In this document: positions 1-13,704 of the stretch, piece by piece
How positions within the stretch are numbered: the stretch's first letter is position 1
Layout: every line of letters begins with the position of its first letter
From: Chrysomallon squamiferum
Lineage: Eukaryota > Animalia > Mollusca
Length of the DNA stretch: 64,000 bases
Direction of reading: 5' to 3'
Assembly (NCBI GenBank): GCA_012295275.1
Contig: CM022666.1
Coordinates: forward strand, 13,206,001 to 13,270,000
The notes under the pieces: model-generated
The model's input: only the letters and a program-made list of their open reading frames with translations
Database searches by the model: none
What the model was told of the DNA's origin: nothing
Made by a program: the position numbers and the translations under genes

Positions 1-817
1 ATATTATTATTATTATTAACAACAACAATAATTGATAATAATAAATAAAGTAAATAATAATAATAATAATAATAATAATTATTAATTAACAACAATAATA
101 ATAATGATAATAATATAATAGTAATAAATAGTATAGTAGTAATAATAATAATAATAATAATGATGATAGTATAATAATAATAATAATAATAATAACAACA
201 ACAACACCAATAATAATAATGATAATGATAACAATAATGAATAATTTTTGATTTTTATTATCATTACAACGATGACGATTATGATGATAATATTGATGAT
301 GATGACAGAAGTTAGAAATCTTTCCATCTCACCACCAATAAAACAAAAATTTATTAAAATGTATTAAATAAAATAATAAGTAAACCAGTGAATGACTTAA
401 ATAAATAAACAAACAACCAAACAGATAAATAAATAAATAACGAATTACCCTGTTTCTCTAAGTTCTGACACAATTTTATTACTATTATTTTTATTTATTT
501 TTCTGGGTTTTTTTTTTTTTTTGTTTCCCTATAAAGCTCTATCAACGAACGATTCCGGTTTCTGCCTGTGTGCTCTCTGAAAACGTATAATCGCGACAGA
601 CATTATGGAGGCGTCGACTTAATATTTTAACCTTCATTTGTCGCCGTAGATCGTCTGATAGGTTACAAATGTCGCTGGTTCACTCGGCTGCATTCATCAT
701 TCTGTCCTTGATGTATAGCTGCGCGTCTTGGTTTATCTGTCAGCCAGTTCAAACGTTCTGACATCGCTTGAAACAATCGCGTGCGATCTGGAAGCCTGGG
801 TTTCCTACCCAGTTGTC

Positions 818-1045
818 GTTAGTTTGTTAGAAAGAGAAGAGAGGGTAGTGTTGTGTTCCTACATCTGTGTTAGTTTGTTAGAAAGAGAAGAGAGGGTAGT
901 GTTGTGTTCTTACATGTTTTAACTGATGGTGTTAGTTTGTTAGAAAGAGAAGAGAGGGTAATGTTGTGTTCCTACATCTTTTTAATTGATGGGTAGTATG
1001 TTAGATTGTTAGAGAGAAGAGCTAGTGTAGTTTTCGTACGTCTGT
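818..1045. repeat. Short tandem repeat, ~51-62 bp unit, 3 good copies plus 1 degenerate copy
   Basis: GTTAGTTTGTTAGAAAGAGAAGAGAGGGTA(G/A)TGTTGTGTTC recurs at 818, 869 and 931, with a decayed copy after ~995. Confidence 0.85.
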
Positions 1046-1146
1046 CCAGTTAAACAGTGTTTGTGTTAGAATGTTAGTTAAAGTGACGCGAAACTACACA
1101 GTTCTTGCATCTCTTATTGAACAATGTTAGTTTGTTAAAGGATTGG

Positions 1147-1281
1147 TTAAAGGATTGGTGTTTTATATATTATATAAATATACATATACATAAATATATA
1201 TATACATATATATATATATATACATATACATATACATACACATACATACATACATATATATAAATAACACCAATCCTTTAA
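1147..1281. mobile_element. MITE-like element flanked by TTAA (ttaa|AGG...CCT|ttaa), with an AT/ACAT microsatellite interior
   Basis: GTTAAAGGATTGGTGTT (1146-1162) is the exact reverse complement of AACACCAATCCTTTAAC (1266-1282). TTAA targets with purine-purine termini are characteristic of Kolobok-type elements; that family call is inference. Confidence 0.6.
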
Positions 1282-1659
1282 CTTAAACCTTAATATAATT
1301 TAATAAATTCGTTACTTATATATATGTACGTATGATTGATTATAACATGTTTTTTTTCCCCTCAGTTATCCAATGTTTTAAATCTCAGCAGCGATTGCAT
1401 CTTGCGATTTGAAATAAACTGAAAGGAAAAAAAAAAACACTCACTCTGAGATGTGTGAAATATTTTTGACCTCAGATTCTGAAGAACACGAAGATCGATT
1501 TTTGTCTTGTTAACGATGGGTGCTATTTTCAGAACGGAACTACTTTGTCCCACGGATGTAGCAAAGGTCAGCGCCAACGGAGGGCGTAAACTGCCTGCTG
1601 GTAGCTGAGTAAAATATTAGTGATATACGAATTGACCTTTAGAAACAAAAACTTTCTGC

Positions 1660-1720
1660 AGTGCTGTGGTTAAGCTGCACGTCCCAGAATCGCAAAGTTC
1701 TGAGATCGAATGATGACACC
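1660..1720 (+). mobile_element. Decayed tRNA-derived SINE head
   Basis: A-box-like GTGGTTAAGC and B-box-like GAGATCGAAT occur at tRNA-like spacing; no intact cloverleaf. Confidence 0.35.
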
Positions 1721-2239
1721 ATCTTCTGCAGAAGACAATTTTTTAGAGATCTACAATCAGCCCTTCACTTTAACTAATCTTCTAACCTGCTGATACGAAC
1801 AAGGGTTTTTTTTTTTTTTCTAGAACAGAAAAAACTTCAGAATTTTCCATTCGTGACAGATGTACTCGAAGAGTTACTGAAACAAGATTTAAGTCTGGGC
1901 TGTATGAAGATCGCTTCCTGGTATATACTTCTATAACACATACTGGAGTCTAAGAACTTGCCCATGATAGACCCCCCCCCCAGTACAGTGAATATAAGTC
2001 CTAACGCTGAAAATTACAGAGTTTGAATCCTAATAACCTTCTATTCCTACTCAGTGTTAAGATTTTTACATTTATTGTAAATCTGTTCTTTGATAAATAA
2101 ACCGGACTTCACTATTCTGTGTTCAGTACACGCCTACGTAACAGGAATATAAAAAGAAATTCTAAATGTAATCCGTTCTTTTTCTGTGATTATCTACACC
2201 CTAACGTACTAACATTACCATTGATAGTCATCCCAGTTT

Positions 2240-2890
2240 GATGTTGAAAGATATCGAGTATGATGTTGAATGATATCGAGTACGATGTTGAAAGATATCG
2301 AGTACGATGTTGAATGATATCGAGTACGATGTTGAAACATATCGAGTACGATGTTGAAAAGTATCGAGTACGATGTTGAATGATATCGAGTACGGTGTTG
2401 AAAGATATAGAGTACGATGTTGAAAGGTATCAAGTACGATGTTGAAAAGTATCGAGTACGATGTTGAAATATATAGAGTACGATGTTGAAAGATATCGAG
2501 TACGATGTTGAAAGGTATAGAGTACGATGTTGAAAGATATCGAGTACGATGTTGAAAGATATCGAGTACGATGTTGAAAGATATAGAGTACGATGTTGAA
2601 AGATATCGAGTACGATGTTGAAAGGTATAGAGTACGATGTTGAAAGATATCGATGTTGAAAAATATATAGAGTACGATGTTGAAAGATATAGAGTACGAT
2701 GTTGAAAGATATAGAGTACGATGTTGAAAGATATCGAGTACGATGTTGAAAGATATCGAGTACGATGTTGAAAGATATCGAGTACGATGTTGAAACATAT
2801 CGAGTACGATGTTGAAACATATCGAGTACGATGTTGAAAGATATAGAGTACGATTTTGAAAAATATCGAGTATGATGTTGAAAGATGTTG
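2240..2890. repeat. 22-bp minisatellite, ~29 copies
   Basis: Unit GATATCGAGTACGATGTTGAAA is repeated head to tail. The 22-aa periodicity of ORFs 2215-2820 and 2430-2921 equals three units. Confidence 0.97.
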
Positions 2891-3997
2891 AATAAAATAA
2901 CAGAGAATTAAACAACACCATCTATAACAAGTGTTTTAAAGTAAATGTGTCAAACTTCGCCAAGCACGTTCAAATCATTAACTGATTTGTTCTTCACAAA
3001 AGCTGACTCTGACTCTGACCAGATTTTTCCAAATCCCGATGAATGTACGAACTGACGTGTATTTCTTACTCTCCTAGTTTTGAAACTAATCAGCGGATTA
3101 AGAAGACAGTGAAGATAAAAAAAAAAAAAAAAAAACCCACACAATTGTTTGCTTTGCAATATTAATCATTTTCAGAATTGTACGCATATAATTGTTAGAC
3201 ACGAAAAAAAAAAAATAAAAAAAAATAAAAAAAGTGATTATAAAACCGAAGTGTCTGTTGTATCGGTATGGATAAATCAATATTTCACAGCTATTGTACG
3301 TTTTCCCGAAGTGTAGATTAATTTAAATGTAGTTTATCAGTTCCAAATCTGTAGATCTCATGTATTTACGTCATAATCGCATTGACGTCATTTAGTTTAT
3401 TGAAAGTTGAATAGTGTAATGCAATTTATTTAGTAAGTGCAAGAAAAAAGTATAATGAGGATATTTATTTTTAGAATATAGATGTATTTAAAACATATCT
3501 ATCTATAAATAAAATAAAATAAAAATAAAAATAAAATACTGTCTCTTTCATTCTTTGTTTCTGTTTCTGTCATGTAGAAATTAATTATTATTTTATTACT
3601 AAACTGAATATTACGTTTCACTAATATAAATATTAAATAAGCATTGCCTATCTCTTATTACTATCAAATAAACGCGATATCTCCTCTTGATATTCACCAA
3701 ACTTTGCATGCATCTTTTTAATATCAAATTAGCGGTTACACATCGTTGTGAGGTATTATTAATATAAAATAAAAATTACACGTCCTGTGTTACTGATACT
3801 GTAACTGTTACGTGTTTTCGTTTTTCGATTAATTACACTAATAACACGTTACAAGCACCCTTATTAATATTAACATGCGCTTAGCGCTGTCTGATACCGT
3901 TATGTAATCAATAACACTTCAAATACTGTTACTTATCCGTTATTAGACAGGATTTTAAATACTATGGATTTTTTCTGAACTGATTCTTTTTCTCTCA

Positions 3998-4461
<464 letters not shown>

Positions 4462-4753
4462 TCTCTATTCAGGACAAGCTGGGGTGAATGCTTGTTTTCT
4501 ATTAGTAAGAGATACACGCTGGAGTAAAAGGCTGTGCAGCTGTGACTTCAAGTGACATTACAATTCAGAAAACACGGATCGATACGACAGTGTTTATTTA
4601 CCGAGTTGACTGGTAATTTCAATAGCAGGTTGTCACATATTGCAGCGATTCGGAAGTAAATTATCGGTGCAGTACAGTTTAGACGAATTTAATAATAACT
4701 GTTAATATTATCAGCATGTTACTGGACCGTATGACATTTTAATATATTACCTG

Positions 4754-4807
<54 letters not shown>

Positions 4808-5399
4808 TGTGTTTATATATGTGTGTGTATATGTGTGTGTGTGTTTGAGTGTGTGTGTGAATGTGAGTTTGTATATATGTGTGTGTATATGTGTGTGTAT
4901 GTTTGAGTGTGTCTATGAGTATGTGTGAGTTTGTAGGCATGCATGTGTGAGTGCGTGAGTGTAATAACTAGTTGGAAATTTGGTTAGTTTTGATCTGTTG
5001 ATGTAACAAAATGAAACAATATAAAAAATGGCCTGTTATCAGTGATCAGTACGTTTGTGAATTTATTCATCAAGTTTCACTGTTGTAATCTAATGCATGA
5101 ATGATATATGAGAGTCTGCCTTGTGTATTTTTTTTTTTTTTTTTGGTTTTTTCTGTGTGTACTTATCGTTGTATAGACAGACAGGCATAGACCTGCTTAT
5201 GAATTTTTCAATTTGGTGAAATATTACAAACGTACGGACGTACAGATCAGTGTAGTAATGCTAGTAATAAAGGTAGTAAACTTAACAAAAGAATTTTAAT
5301 AAATGTGTCTGAAATTAGACACGACCTAGAATACCGACCCCCCCACCCTCAGGAGCCCAATAGTTACAGGAGCAACGGTGATAGCAGTACTAGTAGTAC

Positions 5400-5464
<65 letters not shown>

Positions 5465-6488
5465 TTAATATTAGTATTAATAGTAATAGTAGCACTAGTT
5501 ATTGTAAATACCAACAACAGCTGTGGTAATGGAGGCAGAAGAAAAAGCAGCTGTTGATATTGTAAAAGTAGTAGTAGTGTCAGTAGTAGAAATACTGTTG
5601 GTAACAGAAGTAGTAGTAGCAATAGCAAACAACTGAAATTCACAGTTGCCATGGAAACAACGGCATTATCAGTGGTAAAAGAAAAGATAACGGCAATAAA
5701 ACATATTTTTTTCCTAAATCAAAGAAAATACTGCTTAATAGTAATTACTAATTAACGATTGTGAAAAAAAAAAAAAAAAAAAAAGCCTCAGACAAATCAA
5801 TCTTGGTGATTTTGTTTCGCCTTTCTCGTCAACATGCTTTCGTAACCCGAGCTACATGATTTGAGACAACCGCCATTAACGACTGAAGCCGGTTGGCCAA
5901 ACAGGAAGTCTCGGTTACTCGGACGCTTTTATTTTACTCACGTTTGACAAAACCTCGGAATCAATAGATCCAATTTAGCGGCACTGGCTGATATTAATTC
6001 TAAAATGCGGTCTCCAACGGTGCGTGTTTTCTCTGAAATATCAAAGTTCTTTTTTTTTTTAATGATTCGTTCTGTTTCGATGTAAAATAGACGCTATTTG
6101 ATTTGAATCTGATACAGCAGTGCCTACAAAGATGCAATATTGCGCGAAGAAGAATAATACATAAAAATTAAAACGAAAATTAATTTGTGGAGAGTTAGAG
6201 AGAGAGAGCGGGGGAATGAAGAAAGATAGAGAGAAAAAAGTAGAAAGAGGAAGAGAAGTTTTACCTGTTTGTGTGTACGTGTATGTGTGAGAATGCGCCT
6301 GTGTGTGTGTGCGCGTGTGTGCGTATGTGCGTACGTATATCTCTGTCTGTCTCTGTATATTAATACATTAGTGTGTTTTTGTTGCTGTAGGAGACAGGGA
6401 GGTATAAATTTTAATAATGTTATTGAGATTAAACATACTATAATCGATACAGAAACAAATACACACATGTATGTATGTGTGTGTTGCG

Positions 6489-6568
<80 letters not shown>

Positions 6569-7331
6569 CTTACATTAGTTACAAACCCCTGGTGTTGTGT
6601 TTGCATTTCCTGATTGTAAAACAGTTCACGCGGTTTGTGTCGATACAGAAAACACGTTCATTAATTAGCTGCCACTAATCATATTTACTTTTTGGCCTCA
6701 GAACCAGTTTGATTTTATCTCAAGTCGACGATGTTCGTCTTCAGATCGACTAATCCTTCGCTAGCTGCAAGGCTGTCTTTCTTTCATGCACACGTCATAA
6801 TCGCTCTGACGTCAGTTGTTTATGCTTTACCGCAGAAAGACGGAGAGGGGGGGGAGAGACCACAAGGGGCGGGTTTTGGAGATCAAATTTATATGCAAAC
6901 AGAATCCCGCGATATTCCCTCCATGTTCATAAGCAGTCGATATATCAAAAAATATAATACGATTCTGGTGACACAGCTTCTGGTAGCAAGCGGCCTAGGT
7001 AATTACGCAGGTCCAATCAATAAGGCAATTGGACGATAAATAGAAATGATTATCTGCAACTTAGGAACTCTTCACGGAAAAAGACAAGAAAATTAAAGCG
7101 CGGTTCTTAAGGAGAAAGGGTTATGCGACGGTGTTCGCTAAACTGGCGAATATTTCGCGATGAATTTAAAGCATTAAGGTTACGATTTACTGTTTATTTC
7201 ACGACGCGGAATTAGAAATGTTTTTATTTATGGTGGGTGTTGGCGTATTAGCGATCTTAAGTAGCTTTTGGCGTGGTCTAGATTCGATATTTTGTTGTAC
7301 AAAGAAAAAAAAAAATTTATTACTATGGATT

Positions 7332-7365
<34 letters not shown>

Positions 7366-7649
7366 AGAAAAAAAAAAAAATGCAGATCAGAGAATAAAGA
7401 ATATAAATCAAATGCGTGGCTATTATTACTGAGTCCAGAAATAGCGACAATAAAATCGTTTTTGCTATTTTAGTTGCTACAATGAGAGAAAAATGACAAG
7501 AATAAGAAAGAGGTTTAAAAAAGAAGAAAATCATTATATATGTACGTTGAGTGTAAAATATCAAACAAATCAAATAAATTTTATAATAATTATCATTAAA
7601 CAAAGAAATAATTAAGAAAAGAGAGATAATATAATAAAAAATAAAATAA

Positions 7650-7698
<49 letters not shown>

Positions 7699-8372
7699 AA
7701 TAATAATAAACATGATGATAATGTTGATGATGATGATGTTGATTTTTGTAGCAAAGCAAAAAAGAAAAAAAAAATGAAAACAGTCGATTTCTTCCTTTCA
7801 AAAACAAAGTAAACAAACAAACAAAAACAAATAAGTGAAAACAAAACGGATGTCAGTTTTGTCTAATTATATTTGTAATTATATTTGTCAGACATTAGGA
7901 AAATAAATAAATAAGTGAAAACAACAACAAAACGGATGCCATTTTGTCTCATTATTCTTGTAATTAGAAAAGAAAACAACAAACAAACAAACAAATAAAT
8001 AAATAAATAAATAAATAAAAGTCGCAGAAGGTGTTGTCTTTGTAAAATGTGAAAAGCGTAGGTCACGGTCAACGTCGCTTGTAAAAACTAAAAATAGAGA
8101 TTAGCTCTTCTTCATCTTAGCGGGTTTGACTTGATTACTTGTAATCTGAGATTTGTCGTATGAGACCGTCAAGCGAAAAGGATGATGGGATTTTCCTTGC
8201 TTCATCCAATCAGCTAAAAGCAAAACTTTCTGTAATCTTGTAATTCAGACGGCACAGGTAAAATTATTGAATGCGTTTGTTTGTATGACAGTTTTGTGCG
8301 TATGTGCGTGTATATGTGTGCAAATGTTCGTGCTTTGTATGTTTGTGTGTTTATGTACATACATACACACAT

Positions 8373-8427
<55 letters not shown>

Positions 8428-9308
8428 TAAAAAGTTCCTTTTGTTTTGCATTTATGTAGTTAAACAGACAAATAAAAAGTCTAACAAAAGAGACAAACAC
8501 AAATTCTGTGAAACAATAAAACTGACGAACGTGCTACAAATGTAACAGAAGTTTGTGTACACACATAAAACGTAGTTCAGTTTTGTCGTCGATTCAGTTT
8601 ATGAATATTCGACACAAAGCTTTACGGTAAAACGGATAAAATTCAACACCGTGTATTGATAATAACTTAACAAAACTGCCAGCTTTCAGTTACAGAAACA
8701 GTGCACCTGTTACCGCGTAAAATAATTACTTTTAGTGTGATTTTACAACAAGGGCCGGATCTGATTAAATGTGGGTGGTGTGCAAGGTATAATGCTGTAC
8801 ACAGTTTAACTGGAACAGCCCCTGTGACAGTGGAACGTCTCCAGCAACATCGTTCCACCCACCAGAGCGAGAAGAAAGCAGTTCTGGGGTTCTGAGAAAA
8901 TTCTGAAGGACAAACTGTTTTGAACGCACGGAGAACTTGCAGCACATAAAAGTTTTTACTCAAGCTTCATGGATCACAGTCTGAGCGTTCAGTGAAGAAG
9001 AAGAAGTACGATTATTTATTTTTATTTTATTTTATAAATAGAAAAAAGAGCTGAACTATAGTGAGTTACGTTCATTAGAGTTTTCATCACGCTCATACTT
9101 CGTTGAAATAATTCTGGTTTGTTCTGAAGAAGATGTTAGCGACAATCCCATTATTTATTGACTGGTAAGATATGAACGTTTCCAGTAACAACAGACTGTT
9201 TTTTACACAACCTCCACCAAGCGGATTTGAACCAGAGTTCTCAGCATGATAAATTAAAAATTCTTGTCAAGTGAAATTCCTAGTAATAACTGATAGCTTA
9301 TACAATTT

Positions 9309-9389
9309 CCGCCAACAGGATTTGAACCAGTATCCTAACCATGACCTTCAGAGCTGTGTGAATAAGAAAAACCCTCTACCTATTGCCAC
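9309..9389 (-). mobile_element. Decayed tRNA-derived SINE head; a second B-box fragment lies at ~9210-9235
   Basis: The minus strand reads TGTGGCAATAGGTAGAGGG...GGTTCAAATCCTGTTGGCGG, giving an A-box-like segment and a good B box (GGTTCAAATCC). GGATTTGAACCAG occurs twice on the plus strand about 95 bp apart. Confidence 0.4.
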
Positions 9390-9401
9390 ATGAACATTTT
9401 A

Positions 9402-9452
<51 letters not shown>

Positions 9453-9714
9453 GTATATATATATATAAACATCTGTGCCCAAAGTACACAACTCCTCTAT
9501 TTTTCCGTGTAAACTGATATTCTGATAATCCTCACATGATCTGTTAATACATAAAAACGTCAACAATACATTAAAAACGTATTATTTCTTTTTTTTTTTG
9601 TAACTGTCAAGAGAACTATGAATTTGATAGTGGAATATCAGAGGCTTGTTTACGTCACTGGGTTGGTGGTTAAATTTTAACAAGTGACGCATTTTCTGGT
9701 TTGACTCCTGCGGA

Positions 9715-9850
9715 AACAGGCGTGGCTCTCGGGGTTAGAGTGCTGGATTGAGGCGTGGCTTAGACCACTGTCAATTCTTCTCGTCCATTTGTCGTTCCTG
9801 CCCGCGCGCCAAAGTTAATAATAGGCCGCGGTATGTTTATTCTGTAAGTG
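9715..9850 (+). promoter_or_regulatory. Promoter-like motif cluster with candidate 5' splice sites
   Basis: AGGCGTGGCT twice (9718, 9751; Sp/KLF-like), GCGCGCCAAA (9804-9813; E2F-like), then GCG|GTATGT (9831) and TCT|GTAAGT (9844). Confidence 0.3.
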
Positions 9851-9974
9851 AGAAGGTGTACATAAAATCTACTTGCTGCTGAGTTTCGTTTCAAACGTGT
9901 CAGTGATCAGTTAATTTGCTTTAATAGTCCATGCTTTGTTTTTACATTTTATTTATTTATTTATTTATACATAT

Positions 9975-10021
<47 letters not shown>

Positions 10022-10710
10022 TACATATTTATTTATTTATGTATTTACATGTTTGTTTGTTTGTTTGTTTATTTCTTTATGTGATTGTTTATTTATTTAT
10101 TTTATTTTTTTTATTCCACATTTTCTGTAATTATTGGTTTCTTTTCTTTTTCTTTAAATTTGCATTCTTATTTCTTATTTTCTTTAAATTTGCATTATTT
10201 CTTATTTTCTTTAACAGTGTTATTTTCAGTATTTCTAGCATATTTACTATCATTAAAAGATTACCGTTTATTTAACTACCTCAGAGCAATCTTATTATAC
10301 CTTTTTTTAATTAATGAAGTCGACAGACTTAACGAAATAATTCAATTTCAATAGAATAACCACTTTATCAGCACAAAAACAATGCCAAAACAAAGATTAT
10401 TTTTTCACTAATTAAATGAAAATCTTCTTTAACGTTATTAAAAGATTGCTTTTCTACTGATACTGATCCAGCCCTAAAATTTACTTTGGCTTTTTAATCG
10501 TAAGATTTTCTATAATCTCGCTTAAAGCAATCTCAGGTATTTCGCACAGAAAATCAGTTTTGGTTTCTATTAAAAGAAAATGGTTTCACACAAAGGAGTA
10601 ACAGGTTGTTAGAGAAATTCAGCGTCCATTCGTTCTGTGCAGAGTTTGATATATAAACTACAGAGATTTTGTAGTACAGTTAAATACATACACACCTACA
10701 CAAAAATACT

Positions 10711-10750
<40 letters not shown>

Positions 10751-11459
10751 CAAAATAAGACTTCTAAGCTGTGTTAAAAAATATTACTGATAGCAGAAAA
10801 AGAAAAAAAAAAAACAAGCACAAAATGACCCAGAAAAACCAAGAAAACACAAACACACAAACACACACACACAAACACACACGAACACACACGCTCAAAC
10901 ACACGAACACAAACGCTCAAACACACAAACACACACACACACACCCAAACACAAGCATTCACACTAACACAAACACACACACAAAACACTAAAACACATA
11001 CAAAGTAAAGAAATAAGTATACTAAAGAAAGCATTCAGAAGTCGAAAGAAACACAACATTTATTTCTAACCTTATTCTTGTACAAATGTTGTTATATAAA
11101 TGAGGTTAAATGTTGCTGTATTAAGATCACGTTCCTCTGTAATAAACGTAGTTCACAGCAATTATCTGCCGTCGTTGATTGCTCATAAAACACGCTGCTG
11201 ACGTAACAAAACGAGCTGACTATTAAGATGCATCGCCTACAACGGTGCCTACATCCAGCTCTGGCCTTTGATAATTTGTAACACTTACATATAAGTAGTG
11301 TAATTATTCGTATTATTGTTTAGCAACCCCTGTAAGTAGCCTAGAACCCCACCCTTTCAATTTTGATCATTTTCAGTAATATATCGCATATGTACCATCC
11401 CTACAAACAACCTCTAAATCGACCCGTATCTGTTCGCTAAAATAGATATGGTATAGAAA

Positions 11460-12010
11460 AATATAGAGATCTTAGAATACAAACGATGAATTCTAAGATT
11501 TATAATACAAATCATTTTTTTTTTTTTTTATTCTGAAATTTGTAATAGAGATTCTAATTTAATCAAAGATTTATTATACAAAGTATTTGTATTCCTTGAT
11601 GCATGATGCCAGTTGTTTATTATGAAATCTGTTTGCATTCAAAGACTTTCAATACAAATCATATAAAACGCAATATTTGTATTCATATATTTATTATGCA
11701 AATTACTTATATTCTAAAATTTATATAACAAGATTGATTTTATTCTAAAATCTGTATATATAAATTTTATGTACTGAAAGAGTTATATCAAATTATTTAT
11801 ATTCAAATATTTATAAAACAAGACTGTATTCTAAGACCTAAAATACAAATGGTATTGTAAGAGATATATATATATACACATTATTTGTATTCTAAGATTT
11901 ATAAAACAAGACTGTTTGTATTCTAAAATATATACACACACACAAACTGTATGTATTATAAGAGTTATAACTCAAACTATTTGTATTCTAAAACGTACTT
12001 GCATTCTAGG
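11460..12010. repeat. Old, degenerate ~30-bp AT-rich tandem repeat
   Basis: A TTTGTATTCTAAGATTTATAAAACAA-like motif recurs many times with heavy divergence. Confidence 0.7.
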
Positions 12011-12309
12011 AAAAATCTTAGTTTATTTTAAGCTTTATAAAAAAAAAATAATAATAATAAATAACCTTTGACCTTCGAGGCGCTACGTTGGGGCCGAGAT
12101 AGCTGGGTTTCTCTGATCGATACGGCGAGGTCAGGCAACGTCCGGACACCGTCGTTTAATTAGCGCTGCTGAGTGGCCTGCCACGTCCAGTCGAGCTGTC
12201 ACTGCGTACACGGGAAAACGTCTGCGTCAACGTCGCTGAGTGTGGTAGTAGGTGTGTGACACGTGTTCAGACTGACACCAGCGAGACTGGCAGGAGCAGG
12301 AGGAGGACG

Positions 12310-12705
12310 TGTGATGATGATGTTTAAAAATGATGATGGTGAAGTGATGATTATGGTGATAGTGGTGGTGATGTTGGTGATGATGATGATGAATTTCAAA
12401 AAATATGATGATGATGATGAATATGATGAGTGGTTTAGTGGTGAAATGATGAAGTTTAAAATGATGATGATGTAGTGATGAATATGGTAGTGGTGGTAGT
12501 GGTGGTGGTGGTGATGATGATGATGAATTTTAAAAATGATGATGATGTTGGGATGAATATGGTAGTGGTGCTAGTGGTGGTAGTGGTGATGATGATGATG
12601 ATGAATTTTAAAAATGATGATGATGTAGTGATGAACATGGTGGTAGCGATGTTTATGATGATGACGGTGATGATGATGATGAACTTTCAAAATGATAATG
12701 TTGAT
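12310..12705. repeat. (GAT/GGT)-based ~60-70 bp compound repeat
   Basis: GATGATGAATTTTAAAAATGATGATGATG...GATGAATATGGTAGTGGTG recurs about 5-6 times. Confidence 0.8.
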
Positions 12706-13590
12706 GAAGTATATTGTGTTGTTGTTTTTGTTTCTTCTTATAAGATGAATTTTTAATTTATGTATTTGTGATTATTACTGATGTTTTTGGTTTTGTGGTT
12801 ATAATGTCGACTACTGTAGTGAAGATGATAATAATGATGACGATGATTAACTATGATAACAATATTATTATTATTAATACTAATATGATAATGATGATGA
12901 TGATGATGATGACGATGAGGATCAAAAACATTAACATCTTCAAGATCAGACTTTAAAAACCGTAATTATCCTTTTCGTTTCGGAATTGAAACTTTAAAAT
13001 TCTTTCTGAATCAAAGATTAAAATATATATAAATTTTTAAAATAAATAAATAAAAAATTCGTATTAGATTAATACAGAAAATTTAAAAATTCTAACCTCA
13101 TTTCGGGCGAAATCTATTTTCATACTGACGGATACTCTTCAAAAATGTTATATTTTCGTCCTCAGTTCGGTTCATTTCAGATTCTTTAATTATTAGGATT
13201 CATCCACTGGGAACACATTTCTAAAGTAGTTTTCAAAGACGTTCTGTTCTTGTGCAGATTCTAAACCAGACATTTCTTAGAATTTGTCCAGCAACAATGT
13301 CAGTAGGTTAAACTACAAATAGGGTCAGCTAAGATAACTCCGATCACAAAGATCAGCTGGTAATTATTATCATTAGGCAGGGTAGGGGAAAATTAACTGT
13401 GGTGTGAGACCTAACGACGACGAGAACTGTGTCAGTGACGACACTGACAGCGTCAAGGTGAGAACAAGAACGTTAAACTGACACACAAAACACAAGACGT
13501 GTGAACGTTGTGGTCATTTTAATGTGAAAAGTTCCAGACAAGAAGAATATAATAAGTTAGTGAGCATCTGTAGATGTGTGATAGTGTGCG

Positions 13591-13704
<114 letters not shown>

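Noticed and set aside
9309-9389. Functional tRNA genes at the A/B-box-like sites (also 1660 and 58612)
   Set aside because: No consistent acceptor, anticodon and T stems could be built; they are better explained as SINE remnants.
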